In this document: positions 26,016 to 40,790 of the stretch, one piece after another
Numbering within the stretch: the stretch's first letter is position 1
Layout of the letters: every line of letters starts with the position of its first letter
Source: Eledone cirrhosa
Lineage: Eukaryota
Direction: 5' to 3'
DNA: 64,000 nt
Assembly: GCA_964016885.1 (NCBI GenBank)
Contig: OZ024740.1
Location: forward strand, 262,012,001-262,076,000
Position numbers and translations under genes: made by a program
The notes under the pieces: generated by a model
What the model was told of the DNA's origin: nothing
Seen by the model: only the letters and a program-made list of their open reading frames with translations
Databases searched by the model: none

Positions 26016-29000
26016 TATTGTCAGTTTACTTTTCAATTTACATATATTTGCGTAAAATACCAATATACACACTACATATGCTAGTAGAAAACCGCCCGCA
26101 GGAGGTTTTTCTGCTAGTTTATTTTAATAAATTTACGTCATATCTTTTATCGAAATCCGTCGAAGGTTCAAACCTAATTTGGACACCAATATCAATATTT
26201 CTTCTAAGTAAATAAATAAATCGACAACAGTTTTTATTTACTCATTTATGTGAAACGTCTGTGTGTGTGTGTGTGTACATGTATATGTGTGTGCGTATGT
26301 GTGTGTGTGTGTGTAAATGTATGTGTGTGTGAGTGTGTTTATTAATTTTGTTGCTTAATATATGATGGAGGTAGATGCTTAGAGTTTTTTAGCAATGATT
26401 TGTATCACACAAGAGGCTCGTATAACTTAGGAAGATCTAGCTTTCTTTTACTTCCCTTCTATTTTTTCATCTTATTCATAAATATGAATTGAATGATATC
26501 TAAATGGATTATCATGACAGAATACAAAGAGAAAACCTTAAAAAAACTTCTACAAAAATGAAGAAAAAAGCTATGAAGAAAAAAACTATGTTTATCATAA
26601 AGATAAATAAATAATTTGATAGGTAACGGTTACACCTATCTCAGCAACGCCATAAGTCTATCTTACACAAACATCACTATCACTCCCTCTATTTGTAACA
26701 ATAAACTACACACTTAGCGGAAACATCTTTTGTAAGCATTAGTTTACTGCTCCTAAGTCTATTTTAATAACATCAGAGACCCTACATTTTAGACTAGGTT
26801 TTCTGAAAATTCCTTTAAAACCAATTCTCACTAATTTATCTAAGTGTTTAATTTTCCGAGATAAGACAGGATGCAACCCTTTCAAAATAGATTTGATCCT
26901 TGAAAGATAACAAGATTAATGGCTTTTAAAACACAGTGGTCAAAACTACTTTGTATAACCTTACATACATGGCAATATTCGCTCCAAGACCAAAATGGTT
27001 CAAACAAAAAATTAGGATTTGTCAACTTCTATGGATATTCTTCACAATTGTATATTATCAAAATATAATTTAAAGAATAATCTATATTGTACTATATTAT
27101 ATTATGTACGTTATACATGCATACATATTTACTCCGTCCTCTTGTCATATTTTCTATTTCTTTGTACAAATTATTTTTATAACGCAACTGCCAAAGAGAA
27201 GTTCTCAATTTTCTGGTAGTAATTAATTGTTATATGTTTTCTTAATCGATCGACAAGATCCCAGACCTCATTCGTTTATCGAGTGGAGTGGAACTCGTCC
27301 AATCGGACCTGTAATATCCGTCTGTTATTTGTCATTAGATAAACAGTGTTCACCATATTGTTTAACCCATCTGCACACTTATTAAATATCTATGTTTTTC
27401 ATAGTCTGAAGATTGTTAATGAGATACTCGGAGTTACAATTTCTGAAGATTGAGATAACAATATTCTCATATATCCCAGACGTGTTATTGATATCGAAAT
27501 TCGTTTTATTTGCGACGATTAACCTCTCCGTAGTGTCGTTCATAAAAAATGAACGCAAAAATCAAGCAAACAACAAACAAACAAAACAAAAACGAAACAA
27601 AACAATATACAAATAATGAAATACGCAAGATAAAGTTAACAGACCGGAAACCTCAATAAACAACAGTGTTTTGTGATAGAATATGTGACGAATATATGTA
27701 GCTTTTGCTTATAGCCAAATATCGCATTTGAAGTTCGTTTACAAGTTTTTCCCTTCATAAAGAAGTCATAAAAAGTAATCAAGAAAACGAAAAAAAGATT
27801 GTTAGAACATAATATATTAAGAAAAATGAAACAACAAAAACTACATGTCCAGAAGACGAGCTGCTATACTAAAGATACTTTACAGAACATTGATTAGAAG
27901 TTGGTAATAATTTTGTTGGATTCTGCAATAAGAGAAATATATAACATTGCGTTTCTGATAAAATACATTGTGATACATTCAGAGGAAAAATGTTCTCATA
28001 TGCTTAGAACAATTTTATCTGTTTTCTTTTTGTTCGTTTTCGTTTAATTTCAAAGTACAAATGTCTTTGAGAATACATTTCCTTTACAAGCGCGAACTGG
28101 CGTCGTTTATAATAAAAGGCATATGCCCCACCTGATGTACACGTAAGAGGTGATAAATGTTATGTTCAATTATTATCATTTTTCTTTTGCTATCTAAACG
28201 TTGCTACTTTTCACATATGCATCACACTTTTGGAAGTATGTCTGTTCGTAAAAACCTCTGAATTAACAAGCGCCAAACAAACATTACATTTTTTCCTTTC
28301 GAGAATTAGGGATACAACACATCTTGCTCGCGAAAAAAATAGCAAAAAAAAAAACAAAAAAACAAAACAAACCTATTGCTGTCAACACAATGTTTGTATA
28401 ACCTTCTATCTGTTGTCTGATTTTCATTCTATTTATTTTTTTTTGGCTTTTAAATATAAACCGAAAATCTATTTCATTTTCTCTGTTCCTACAAATCACT
28501 TCTGGTAGTGTATTTTATCGAATGGTGTCACAGAAGGAAAAGCTAGCGGTAATGTTTGTTTTTCTTCAAATATTTCCACACTAACATAATCATGTTTCTC
28601 TCTCTGATTGTTTCCAATATGAATTAGGCATCGCAATGATATAGATTTTTTTCAACTGTTTTCCCATCTTATCATATATTACAAAAGAAGAAAATATTTG
28701 CTTATATACGCATATATACTTGTAGTGGTTTTACACATTTATCAGGCAAAGACCAAGTTGGAGCAAAAACAATGTTAGTGTGTATTTAACCGTAGAAGGA
28801 CATTTCATGAAATCGAAAGATGTATTCCAAAAGCATGAGTTCACTATTACAAATTAGGTTTCGTTTGTATATATGAGACACTCTGCCGTAGAGAAGATAC
28901 TCTCATTTGCTTATGTAGCGTTGTCTTAAAGTTTATCTAGCTAGTTTCCATTTAAACGTTATGTAACTGCGATACATTCAGACAGGAAGCTGAAGGTATG

Positions 29001-29166
29001 ACCATAGGTATCTTAATGTGTAATGTGTGCTAGTTGAACAAATATTCTATACGATGTGTCACGAGAGGCAAACAAGGACAATGATTGATTTCACAACTTA
29101 TAATATCCATTCAATACATTCAAACATGCACACACACATAGATGCATAGATAAATACATACATATG

Positions 29167-29204
<38 letters not shown>

Positions 29205-29799
29205 CATATACATACATACGTACATACATAGATATATGCATACATACACCCATCCACGCCTACATACATGCGTATGTAGGCGAGGATGGGCGATGTTGAC
29301 TTGTTCTTTTGGGATGTCTGTCCCCTTTGATCTGAGAGTGGGATTGGTCCAGTGCAATATATGTATGTACGTGTGTATTGAATAGATATACAAACACATA
29401 TAAACAAATATAGATACATATACATGTTTAGATCGACCACGTTAATTATTCTACAATGGCAATGAAAGTTCATCTCTGTGAGATTGAAAGAAAAATACGA
29501 AGCCAAAGTTGATCTCTATCCCGATTCGTCATATTTAATAGTGGAATATAATAGAGGTTAATACGTTGTTCAGAATTGAGAATTGGTTGGAATGGACCCC
29601 CGTTTCAACAATGAGTGATACAGTTATTACTTCAACGGAACAGTCTGTTTATAAAATTAACGTGCACGTGGCTAAGCAGTCAACAAACGCGTGTATTCAT
29701 AACTCAATTCTAAGAGCAACTTAGCATGACACAGTGTGCGACATGATTGACCTTTTTAATTAGGGGTACTGTTAATGCCACAGGTATTTAGTTTAGGCA

Positions 29800-30190
29800 G
29801 TTTCCTAGGGGATGAAAAAGTTGAATTTTGTATGTGCATAACACTCCCTGAAACATAAGTAATACACATGTAAAGTTTGAAAAAGAACGGTTGGTTACTT
29901 CTCGAGTTTTAGGGATTCAAGCTCACAGACACACACACACACAGACATCCATCCTCGCTTTTATATATATATATAGACTAGCAGAAAACCACCCGTGGGC
30001 GTTTTTCTGCTAGTCTATATATCTAAAACAGAGAATGTCTGTCTGTCTGTCTGTCAGCTCACTAAAACTTGAGAACCATTCAACCGATTGTTTTCAAACT
30101 TTAGACATGTAATACTTATGGTCCTGTGAGTGTTTTGAGCAAAAATCATTTCAAATGTTCAATGCCCTGGGGACCGCATTAGGCGATTTA
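29800..30190. mobile_element. Two divergent Helitron-like 5' ends joined by a CTAG-bounded palindrome
   Basis: TCTATATAT starts on both strands (29977 minus, 30014 plus), each followed by (CTGT/GTGT)n and aaactt motifs. Confidence 0.55.
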
Positions 30191-30981
30191 GCGTTCTCCC
30201 TATATAATTCTTAGTCTTTCTTTTTAGATAGATACATAGATATAACGTTGCGCCCTTATAATATCTATCTGTATGTCTGGCTGTCTGCATTACGTCATTA
30301 TGACGCGCTCAGTGTGTGTGTGTACATATATATGTATCGTAATGCAGACAGCAAGACATAGCTTTCCTTCCCCTCTTCCAGCGTCTCTCTCTCTCCCTCC
30401 CGCTATCCCCCTCTTGTAGTCTGTCTCTTTCTTTCACTCTCACTCTCTCTCTACGCGTCGGACAGACAGACAGAGAAATTGCTGGTTATATATTATAAGG
30501 AGATGAGAAAAAACGAATATTACGAGAAAGCTCATTCGTTATAAAAATAAATAGGATGGTTTGAGGTCTCAATATGCAAACTAAATGACTAATTCTGTTT
30601 TCTTTTTTTTAATCAATGGAGACAAACTAGAACAATTATCGAATTTCCAACCTTACTATTTGGGACCTGCAAGTAAATACGCTTGTATTTTATCTTGTAA
30701 TATATGTGTATAATTCACCATATTATTTTTATAGTGTACAAATATGCGTGCGGATTTTTTCTGTACGCTGTTGGATTATAGATAATTGGAAACTTCCAAA
30801 TATGAAAGAACAATTATTAATATGAACACTACCCAAATCTTTCAAGTAAACTAAGCATTTATAATTTGTTCCCTTGGGTTTTTACTAATATTTCTTGGCA
30901 AACTGTTGGGTTTGCGCTACAAAACAGAATTCTTAAATCGTTAAAAATTGAATCTCTTAGCGATTTTTTAATTGTATATTT

Positions 30982-31163
30982 AATTGTTTCTACTTTAGGC
31001 ACAAGGCCAGCAATTACCCAGTGCATTACTGGTACTTTATTTTATCGACCCCGTAAGGATGAAACGCAAAGTCAACCTCGGCGGGATTTGAACTCAGATC
31101 GTAAAGGGACGTAACTATGCTGGAAAGCATGGCGTCCGACCCTCTACCGATACTGCCAATCCA
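30982..31163 (-). mobile_element. SINE
   Basis: Family match. Confidence 0.88.
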
Positions 31164-31701
31164 ATATTTAATCACAGGCATGACTATGAGGTTAAGGAAT
31201 TAATCTTGCTCTCATATCGTTTTGGGTTTAATTCCACTCCGCAGCAACTCGTTTAAGGGTCTTTCGAAGCATCAGAAGTTAAAGCCTTTACGCGTGAAAT
31301 TTTTTAGAAGGAAACTACATGTGTATGTATGTTGTGTGTGCGCATATGTGTATGTGCGTGTGTATGTGTTTGTGTATCTGTTTTTCAGTTTGTCTGTGTC
31401 TGTATTTATCTCTCTTACTTAGCAGTTCGACAAAAACAAATCGATAAAATTACATCGGATTTGAAAAAATACTAGGGCAAATATAATCGATTAAGATGGA
31501 GCCCCAGCTTGGCCACAGACTCAAACAAATAAAAATATTTCCTTTGATCATTTCTTTTTTACATTTTACATCACTTCAACCTTTCATTACTTTACTCTTA
31601 ATAGGGACATAAGTATGAGGGGGAAAAACCTCAATTTTGAAATTAATTTGCTTTTGTCGTTTCATTTGTAATACATTTTTCAAAAGATATTCTTTCTTAT
31701 A

Positions 31702-31778
<77 letters not shown>

Positions 31779-32933
31779 TTTCTCTTTATTTTTCAGGAAT
31801 TTTTCTTTATTTTCTTTTTTTCTCATTATTTTAAGACTCCAAGCAATTTGTAATTTCTTTGTAGCAACGAAGCCGCCCCCTCTCTATCTCTCTCAGTCTC
31901 TTTTTTCTTTTTGTATTTTTGTAGGTCAGCTCACGTGCATCTATTTATTTATTAATATCTTGTGCACACGTATTAAAAATAGTGATGGTCAAACTTGGAA
32001 GAGAACCAGTTTTCTTTACCTACTTTTTTCTAAGAAAACACATTTAAAATTTTAAAATAAATTAAAATCGAATTTTTATATTGAGAATATCTTAATTTGC
32101 ATTTTTTTTTTAACATGTAAAGAAGGTTTTATACAACAAACACTATTGTCGTGTATGTCACACAGTACATTAATTAGCTGTATAATCAGTTTTGTTGTGA
32201 ACGCAGCAGAGCCGAATATTTATGAAGTTCATTTTACCATCAAATGGAAAACTTTATTTTTTCAGCTTTTTAGGGCTTTTTTGAGGCGTTTCGTCTAGCC
32301 AATTTTCCCGAAATTTCAAGGCATATTATGCACATAAAAAAATAATTTTCTTGATCCCCTAGGGCCCGCATTAGGTGAAAACCTGCATTTTTCCTCCTTC
32401 ATCGGAAAGTCTTAAAGATTATCCAGCGATCAGAGTATTCGGTTTATTTTCTTTACATATTGTCCAGGCATGCAGTTTTTCCACGATTAGGTCTGTTGGC
32501 GGCTCGCGTTCCAAAATACCTTATCCCGTGCAATGCCGGGTACCACTGATAGTATATACTATTTTTTAATGTCTAAAGAAAATTAACTATCGCAGGAATG
32601 CTACCACGTGAAATATAATTTCGCCGGAGGGAGGTTAGCAAAATTTAATAAGTGGGGCGTGGGGCTGGGTGGGGTGGAATAAAATGGGGCAGGCGTTGGA
32701 CAGATCTGAAAAATTAATAAACGGGGTGGAGGCGATTATTCGAGACCCGAGAGTACATAACATATATCTTTACCATCAAACAATACAAATAGCAGATGAT
32801 ATGCGTGTAGATCTGAATCCAATCTCAAGGCCAGGACCTGTTAGTCTTCAATCCATACTGTTACAAATGTTTCTTAAATTAACAGACAGGTTTCAGACTT
32901 GTAGCGATTTCCTCAACTAAGAATTGTCTAATA

Positions 32934-33216
32934 CAGGAGTGTGCAACATATTCCATTGGCGGGCCACTTTTGAACACTGGATTAACTATTAGGGCCATTG
33001 ATAATTATTAAGCACTATTCCAAAGATTCACCAAAACTTCTTTTCATAACATGGAACTGGGAAATTATAATAAACATAACCCTAAGTGAAGCCCTTTAGT
33101 ATAGGTCAACTACCAGAAAATTGTATTACGGTTACGAAACAATAATCTAAATAAGCCTACAAGGTAAACATTCAAAACGGTCATCCCAGGCCATTCTGAC
33201 TTGTTGCACTCTCCTG
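32934..33216. mobile_element. hAT-type MITE
   Basis: 14-bp TIR caggagtgtgcaac / gttgcactctcctg; 8-bp TSD gtctaata / atctaata. Confidence 0.8.
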
Positions 33217-33572
33217 ATCTAATACATACTTATTCATCAAATCATACAAATAAAGAGGGAACAATTCGCTTGTTAACATATAATAACTTTCTCATGGGCT
33301 CCGTCTGCATGAAAATCATATAATTACGAGTGGGCTAACAAAGTAAAATTACAACTGTAATAAAAACAAAATGAGTCTACGAGTAATTTTGTCGGGAGAG
33401 ACAAAAGAGGTCACTCTGTAAGTTAAATTGATTAAGTATGAAATGAAGTGGTATCGTCTTAATCCCACTGCGTATCACCTTGGGCAAGATTCTTCATCTA
33501 TAGTGATTGTGAATGGAATTTGCTAGACAAATAGTTCGTAGGACTTTGTCATATATATATATACATCTCTCT

Positions 33573-33659
<87 letters not shown>

Positions 33660-33673
33660 GTCTCTCTCTCTCT

Positions 33674-33733
<60 letters not shown>

Positions 33734-34060
33734 ATACGTTTTATGTGCATGTATCTGCATGTACGCAGGTGTGTGCATATGCGTGTGAATGAGTATGTGT
33801 GTTAAAGGTTTCCTGTTTGTTTATATCAACATCATCGGTAACTACTGAGACGCAGGTTTTATATCAGAGTTATCCCAGTTTCCTGAGTTGCCTTCTCCTA
33901 GAAGAATGCCCTGACAAAGGCTAGGGGACCTTCCCTCCCAGTGGTTTAACCGCACGATCGGGTATCCAGCCCGAATATTTCTATGTCCCCGGGCATACAC
34001 ATACATATGCATACAATTACATACATACATGCCTACATACATACACACATACATACATAC

Positions 34061-34850
34061 ATTGAAGGTTACACTTTTGCATAAGATGTCATCGCGGTAC
34101 TATCTACCTATGAGGCATGATGTAATGGCCAAAACACTGTATAATTCGATCCGTAGAAAAGATAGCCCCGATAATAAACACATTAAAAGCTACAGCAATG
34201 TGGAAGACATACATATACATAATATGAAAGAGTACTGGTGGAATGTTCCAGTAAAAGCCCCAATAAAATGCAGGCATAACAGACCAGATATAATGGTATG
34301 GGACAGGGAACAGAAGGCGTGCACAGTAGTGGAAATTAGCTGTCCAGCAGATGTCAATATAATTTCAAAGATTAGCGAAAAGGAGAATATTTATGCAGAA
34401 CTGATGAGAAATCTGTAGATACTCCACCCTGATTATACCTTCAGATTTATGCCTGTGATTATTGGGGCACTGGGATATGTTAGTAACTGCCTCAATACAA
34501 ATCTTGAGAAGCTGGGCTTCACAGGAACAGAAAGAACACAACTAGTTAGGAAATTACCAGTACAATCCGTTAATGGAACAGTAAAAAAGGTAAGACATTC
34601 CAAAAATGTTGCATCTAGTAACTGCATATACACATGTACAGATACTAACCATATACACACGCCCACATACAACTCAAAACATACACATCCACACATACAA
34701 TAACATCCATATCTATATATGCCTGCATGCAGACATCCATACATATCTACCTAGTTGATGTGTAAATTCCAATGAGCGAGTCTTGTGTCTATGTTAGAAA
34801 CCGACTCTCTCTCTATTGGCAAACATTTGTGAAATTATAAAACAAGAAGA
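34061..34850 (+). mobile_element. R4/Dong-like non-LTR retrotransposon 3' fragment in (CATA)n
   Basis: YLPMRHD..., HNRPDIMVWDREQKACTVVEISCP...KENIYAEL..MPVIIGALG (PD-(D/E)xK RLE); near-identical to 48645-49400. Confidence 0.85.
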
Positions 34851-35014
34851 ATACATATACATATATTCATGCACATGTTTACATACATACATACATAAAT
34901 ACATACATACACATGTACATACACATTTTTGGATGGCAGTTGACTCTTATGAGTTCTTGTGCCCTTTGTCAGGTCTTGTTTTTTGTCCTGCAGGGTATCA
35001 TACATACATACATA

Positions 35015-35592
35015 TGTGGTGGCTGCCAACTCGTGTTCGAATACGGCCACTACTTTATATCCATGTAGGAGAACCCTTACCGTTGCACTGAACGAATGTG
35101 ACTTTAGTCCAGCCAGCGACTTGAAAACTCTGGTACAAACACTACACTTGTGACAATTATTGACACATAGTGCTGGGCCCATGGTACCATGTGACGACAA
35201 GTGCAGATAGATCTCCAGATATAAAGCAATGTCTGTGCCGTGAAGCTTTTATAGTGAGCAAAGGCACTGCACAAAGCCAGTCCCACTCTCTTAACCAAGA
35301 TGATATTTACCAAAAAGAAGAACAAGTCAACATCATTGGATACCATCAAGGTTGCAGGTGTTATATCAGAGTTTTCCTTCTCCTAGAAATCTGCCTTGAC
35401 AAAGGCTAAGGGGTCATCTCTCCCGGTGATTTTGGATGGCCATTGACTCTTAAGAGCTCCTTTGCCCTTTGACAGGTTTTGTTTTTAGTCCTGCAGGATG
35501 TCCACAGTCACCCTACTAACCAAGAAACCTTGCTGGGGTTGCCAGTTTAGTCGCCAACGACCCGACCATGAGACAGGTTGTACTGGGATACA
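35015..35592 (-). mobile_element. Non-autonomous bipartite RTE-derived element
   Basis: Reverse complement of the units at 50572-52310; flanked by (CATA)n. Confidence 0.8.
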
Positions 35593-35962
35593 TATACATA
35601 CATACATGCACACATACATACAAACATACATACATAAATTGCCTTTCCCTTGGATAACATTGGTGGCATGCAGAGGGAACACTTGTATGAATGGGCGACT
35701 ACTGGACTTCCACATAACGAAATTGCTCGGGCTTGTGCCTTGGAGGGGAACATTATATCTCTTAGTCACCTGTGACCAAAGGATGGTCTTAACACATACA
35801 CTTATATATATATGTATATATAAAACAAAGATTTTACCCACTTAAATTAGTAAGAGTACTACATAACTAGACTATGAGGGACCGGTGCCTGACCTCTTTC
35901 CGTTTCGATAGCCAGTTCCAGACTCTAACAGCCTGTTGTATACACACACACACTCACAGACA

Positions 35963-36027
<65 letters not shown>

Positions 36028-36054
36028 ACACAGATACACACACACACACACACA

Positions 36055-36503
<449 letters not shown>

Positions 36504-36572
36504 CGTTTCTGAATTTGTTTAGCAACTGGTGAGTGTGTTTCTTATTGGCAACATGACCCTCCCAAAGTATAA

Positions 36573-36625
<53 letters not shown>

Positions 36626-36706
36626 TAATTAGACTTAAGTGAGGATAAATATTATACTTCTTGTCTATTTTCTTTGTACCCTATGATTAGAGTTTTCTCT
36701 TACTTA

Positions 36707-36766
<60 letters not shown>

Positions 36767-36799
36767 GTTTGTGTGTGTGTGTGTATATATATATAAATT

Positions 36800-37960
36800 A
36801 ATTGTTAGAGAATACAATACCGAATTATTGACCAAATATATTTATTGGTTTACAATTGTTTCGGAAATCATATCAGAATTCAGTTCACAAATATAAAAAA
36901 AATTAACGATTATATAATCGATAAGAACAGATGATAATATAACTGAACAAAGATACAGTCTCATCATCAGAACCAAAAAGAAAATAAACATAACATTCAT
37001 AAATACATGTCACTGAAGATAGGGACTACATTAAACATAAAAAGCGAAGCATACCACCTATCATTCGAAGGATCGAAACAGAATTAAAATACATTCTAAA
37101 ATCAAAGAAGTTAAACGTTTAAATAATGGAGGAAATATAAAACAGAAAGTAAGCAGGTGTAAATATAAATAGCAAGGGGCATAAATATGCTGAAAAGGAG
37201 ATAATTTGATAAAGAGACTTCAAAACTGGTTCGTAATGAAAGTTACTGTTGATATACTAAGGAGATATTTAAAAAAAAAGTGTTATTATTATTCATTACG
37301 GTTGAATAAAAAATGAATATATGGGTGAAAAGAAAGAGCGTGCAATATTACTCTAGAGAGTTAATATAAGATTAATCATTAAGCAGCTGTCGGTTTTACA
37401 GCCACTTCCGCGTTTGTGATTCCTATAATTTTATGAAAATATATATATATATGCTCTGAACAGACGTTTATTGAGCTTTGTACAGAGAAAAATTGTCGAT
37501 ATATATTTTATATGTATAGATTAAACCTAAAATTAATTTATTTCTACTTCTAATTTCTCTAAATTAGTTTGAGTTGTCTAAAATGGAGCTATTTCTAGCA
37601 CTCCTTAAGGCCTGTAATGTTTTATTTATCTCTCCGTAAAACGTTATTGTTGCACCATGTGGAGATTATTGAAAAAAATGTTCTTCCAATGGAGATGGCT
37701 AATGTTTTAATGCGGTGTGAGAGATGTATTGCAAAGACCTAAACATACTGATGAAGGGAATCATGGTCTTAGGATGTCTATTTAAATCGATAATAGGTGA
37801 TCGATACTAATCATTGTGAACGAAGGTTTACATTCCCTTTTTGATTGACAGAAATAATAATTTTAAAACCTAGGAGTACTAGGAGCATGTATTTAAATTT
37901 CTATATACATTTATGTATTATTTGTTCTATATAATTGTAACAAATACTAGTTAGCTTCTC
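36800..37960 (-). mobile_element. Highly decayed PLE relic
   Basis: AT-rich degenerate coding-like sequence upstream of a pLTR hammerhead; no intact ORF. Confidence 0.35.
36845..36976 (-). ncRNA. Hammerhead ribozyme with ~100-nt stem II insert
   Basis: ttggtt-CTGATGA...GAAACAATTGTA-aaccaa then AATAAA; perfect 6-bp stem I. Confidence 0.7.
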
Positions 37961-38233
37961 AATTGATATATCCAAATATATATCGTTTATATCAGGTATG
38001 GGCAACCTTTTTCGAGCAATGGGCCGCATAGGATGTGGTTCTTCATAAGGCAAGTCACATTACTAACAAATTCAAGGCAATTTTGAAATTAGGCGTGCCT
38101 TTATGAGGTAGCTTTAAATAGTAACATTTATACATGCTAACATATATGCTCTGATTCATCGTCTCAGACCGCGTGGTGTACACACAATTGTTATTGGTTT
38201 TGTACATAGACGTATATACATGCATGTATGCAT

Positions 38234-38304
<71 letters not shown>

Positions 38305-38389
38305 GGAAAAATTTGAACAGGGACAAAACAGAGAGGCAGTACAACGAATGTTTATTAATTTCACGCTCTGGAGAGTGGGGTGTTGGTGG

Positions 38390-38426
38390 GGGACGACGTT
38401 TCGGGCATAAGCCCTTCCTCAGGTGA
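38390..38426 (-). ncRNA. Minimal Penelope-type hammerhead
   Basis: CTGAGGA-a-gggc-ttat-gccc-GAAACGTC, downstream AATAAA; stem I short. Confidence 0.7.
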
Positions 38427-38490
38427 GAAGTGTGTGGGAACAGAGTTCAAAGGGTGTGTAGGGGAGTGGTGGAGAGACATATATATATAT

Positions 38491-38740
38491 ATAACGAAGG
38501 AGGTGTAGTAAGGAACCAGATGGACCATAACGCACCAGAGTACTCAATACTTAGGGTAGTAGAGTGGGTAATAGGAAACTGTTTAACCCCGACGGCAGAG
38601 CTCAAGCCATTTCGACGGCTATTTCTGGACTAAATTAGAACTTTTTAGTGGCTATTTATTTACCACGTTAAAAATTCTAATTTAGTCTAGAAATAACCGT
38701 CGAAACGGCTTGAGCTCTGCGGTCGGGCTTAAACAGTTCC
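38491..38740. mobile_element. Asymmetric fold-back element, family F copy 1
   Basis: Shared ataacgaaggaggtg...gagctcaagcc.tttcgacggcta arm plus shorter inverted arm; in (TA)n. Confidence 0.8.
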
Positions 38741-38748
38741 CCCCCCCC

Positions 38749-38816
<68 letters not shown>

Positions 38817-39055
38817 TTCTGTATGTTTATAGAAATGACCTCTAGACAACTAGAAGTGTTTCATTGGTAGGAAATCACAAGGAATATCTTTTCTGTCGAT
38901 TTCTTACCAATGAAACAGTTCTAGTCACGTAGAAGTCTTGTCTATCAACAAATAAAGACACCTCTACCCTACTAACTTATTGAGTGTATTAATTATTTGT
39001 GGTTGACTTCAGGTATACATCGGTGATCCAACTCTTATATATATATATATATATG

Positions 39056-39265
39056 GGAAAAGAGACAGGACCTCGAGGGCAGAGCTCAAGCCGATTCGAC
39101 GGCTATTTCTGGACGCAATTTGTGTCCAAAAATAGCCGTCGAAACGACTTGAGCACTGCCAGCGGGGTCCTGACTCTTTTCCTATTACCCACTCTACTAC
39201 CCAAAGTATCGAGTACTCTGGTGCGTTATGGTCCACCTGGTTCCTTATCACACTTCCTTCGTTAT
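39056..39265. mobile_element. Family F copy 2 (opposite orientation)
   Basis: Homologous to 38491-38740. Confidence 0.8.
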
Positions 39266-39417
39266 ATATATATATACAGAGAGAGGAGAGAGAGAGAGAT
39301 GGGGGGGGGGGGGGGTTAGAGAGAGGGAGACAGAACGAGAGAGAGAGATAGGTTGAGAGAAAGAGAGATTTAAGTGCTCTACTAAGTTCCGATATATCCC
39401 CCCGTTATTTTAACCAC

Positions 39418-39472
<55 letters not shown>

Positions 39473-39600
39473 GTATAGTGGTAGCTATGGTGCTTCCATA
39501 GACGGTATGCCAAAATTAGCACTCGCTATTCATCAGAGTAGAGTGTATAAATTATTAAAAAAAACGAAAAATCAGTGATGCATCTGGACTTAGTTTAATT

Positions 39601-39693
39601 CCGTGTTACAAATGTTTCGCGGGCATGTAGCTCGAGTCATGGTCCTTGTATGGATCTGGCTGATTCTACTTCTGCGGGTTCTTTCAGACACGG
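39601..39693 (-). ncRNA. Hammerhead variant (CUGAAAGA) with long stem II
   Basis: ccgtgt-CTGAAAGA...GAAACATTTGTA-acacgg; perfect 6-bp stem I. Confidence 0.6.
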
Positions 39694-39861
39694 CTGTTAT
39701 GTCCGGAGCAAATTTTATCACTGGGGTGTTGTTATCAAAACAACCCCTCAAAAAACTTTCCTTATATATATATATATATATTCTCACACACGCCTACATA
39801 CGCACATACATACACACTCACACTCATACACACACACATGCACGCCCGCACAAATACACAG

Positions 39862-39939
<78 letters not shown>

Positions 39940-39950
39940 GTATATATAAT

Positions 39951-40213
39951 TATGTAATAAACAACATAAGGCAATTATTCCATTTACCAGTGGTTTCTTA
40001 AAAGCAAAAGATTTTGCTTTCAATCCTCAGAATGAAAAAATCCTGGTCTGTTTATTGAATTTGGATTTTAAAAAGATTTTTGATTTTTGTTTTTAAAATC
40101 CAAATTCAATAAACAGACCAGGATTTTTTCATTCTGAGGATTGAAAGCAAAATCTTTTACTTTTAAGAAACCACTGGTAAATGGAATAATTGCCTTATGT
40201 TGTTTATTACATA
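39951..40213. repeat. ~260-bp near-perfect palindrome
   Basis: Arms of ~120 bp around a short spacer near 40082; each arm has CTGAGGAttGAAAGC. Confidence 0.9.
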
Positions 40214-40283
40214 ACTATTAAGCTCTGTTACCTACATAGAGCACTCTTTTTTCCTGGACTTTTCCGACGGAATTACTTCATTT

Positions 40284-40326
<43 letters not shown>

Positions 40327-40330
<4 letters not shown>

Positions 40331-40790
40331 AAAGTTTTATTTAAAATTATTGGGATACAACAAATAAATATTTTATAACTGATATAAAGCACTCGACAAG
40401 TTTTTGGAGTAGATATACGATATTAAATAAATGGAAACTATATTTATAAAACCATATTTATTTCATTATACATATTTCAGGGATACCAAATTAAAAAATG
40501 GTATGCCTTCATCAGACAAAATACAATATATAAACAGTTTTATAAATAATTTTGACGTACCCTATTAGAAGCGACCATTACTTTTGGAAGCTGTCTGTAT
40601 AGTATCCAGACAGCTTCCAAAAGTAATGGTCGCTTCTAATAGGGTACGTCAAAATTATTTATAAAACTGTTTATATATTGTATTTTGTCTGATGAAGGCA
40701 TACCATTTTTTAATTTGGTATCCCTGAAATATGTATAATGAAATAAATATGGTTTTATAAATATAGTTTCCATTTATTTAATATCGTATA
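40327..40790. mobile_element. Fold-back element with ~190-bp arms (40413-40790) and a hammerhead in each arm
   Basis: Palindrome centre near 40601; hammerheads at 40459-40523 (-) and 40681-40745 (+): tattttgt-CTGATGA-stem II-GAAATATGTATA-atgaaata. Confidence 0.85.

Noticed and set aside
37748-37860. CTGATGA followed by pairable agggaat/attccct
   Set aside because: No correctly placed GAAA...UH or stem I
37993-38030. hAT-like TIR start (caggtatgggcaacc)
   Set aside because: No matching second TIR or TSD found
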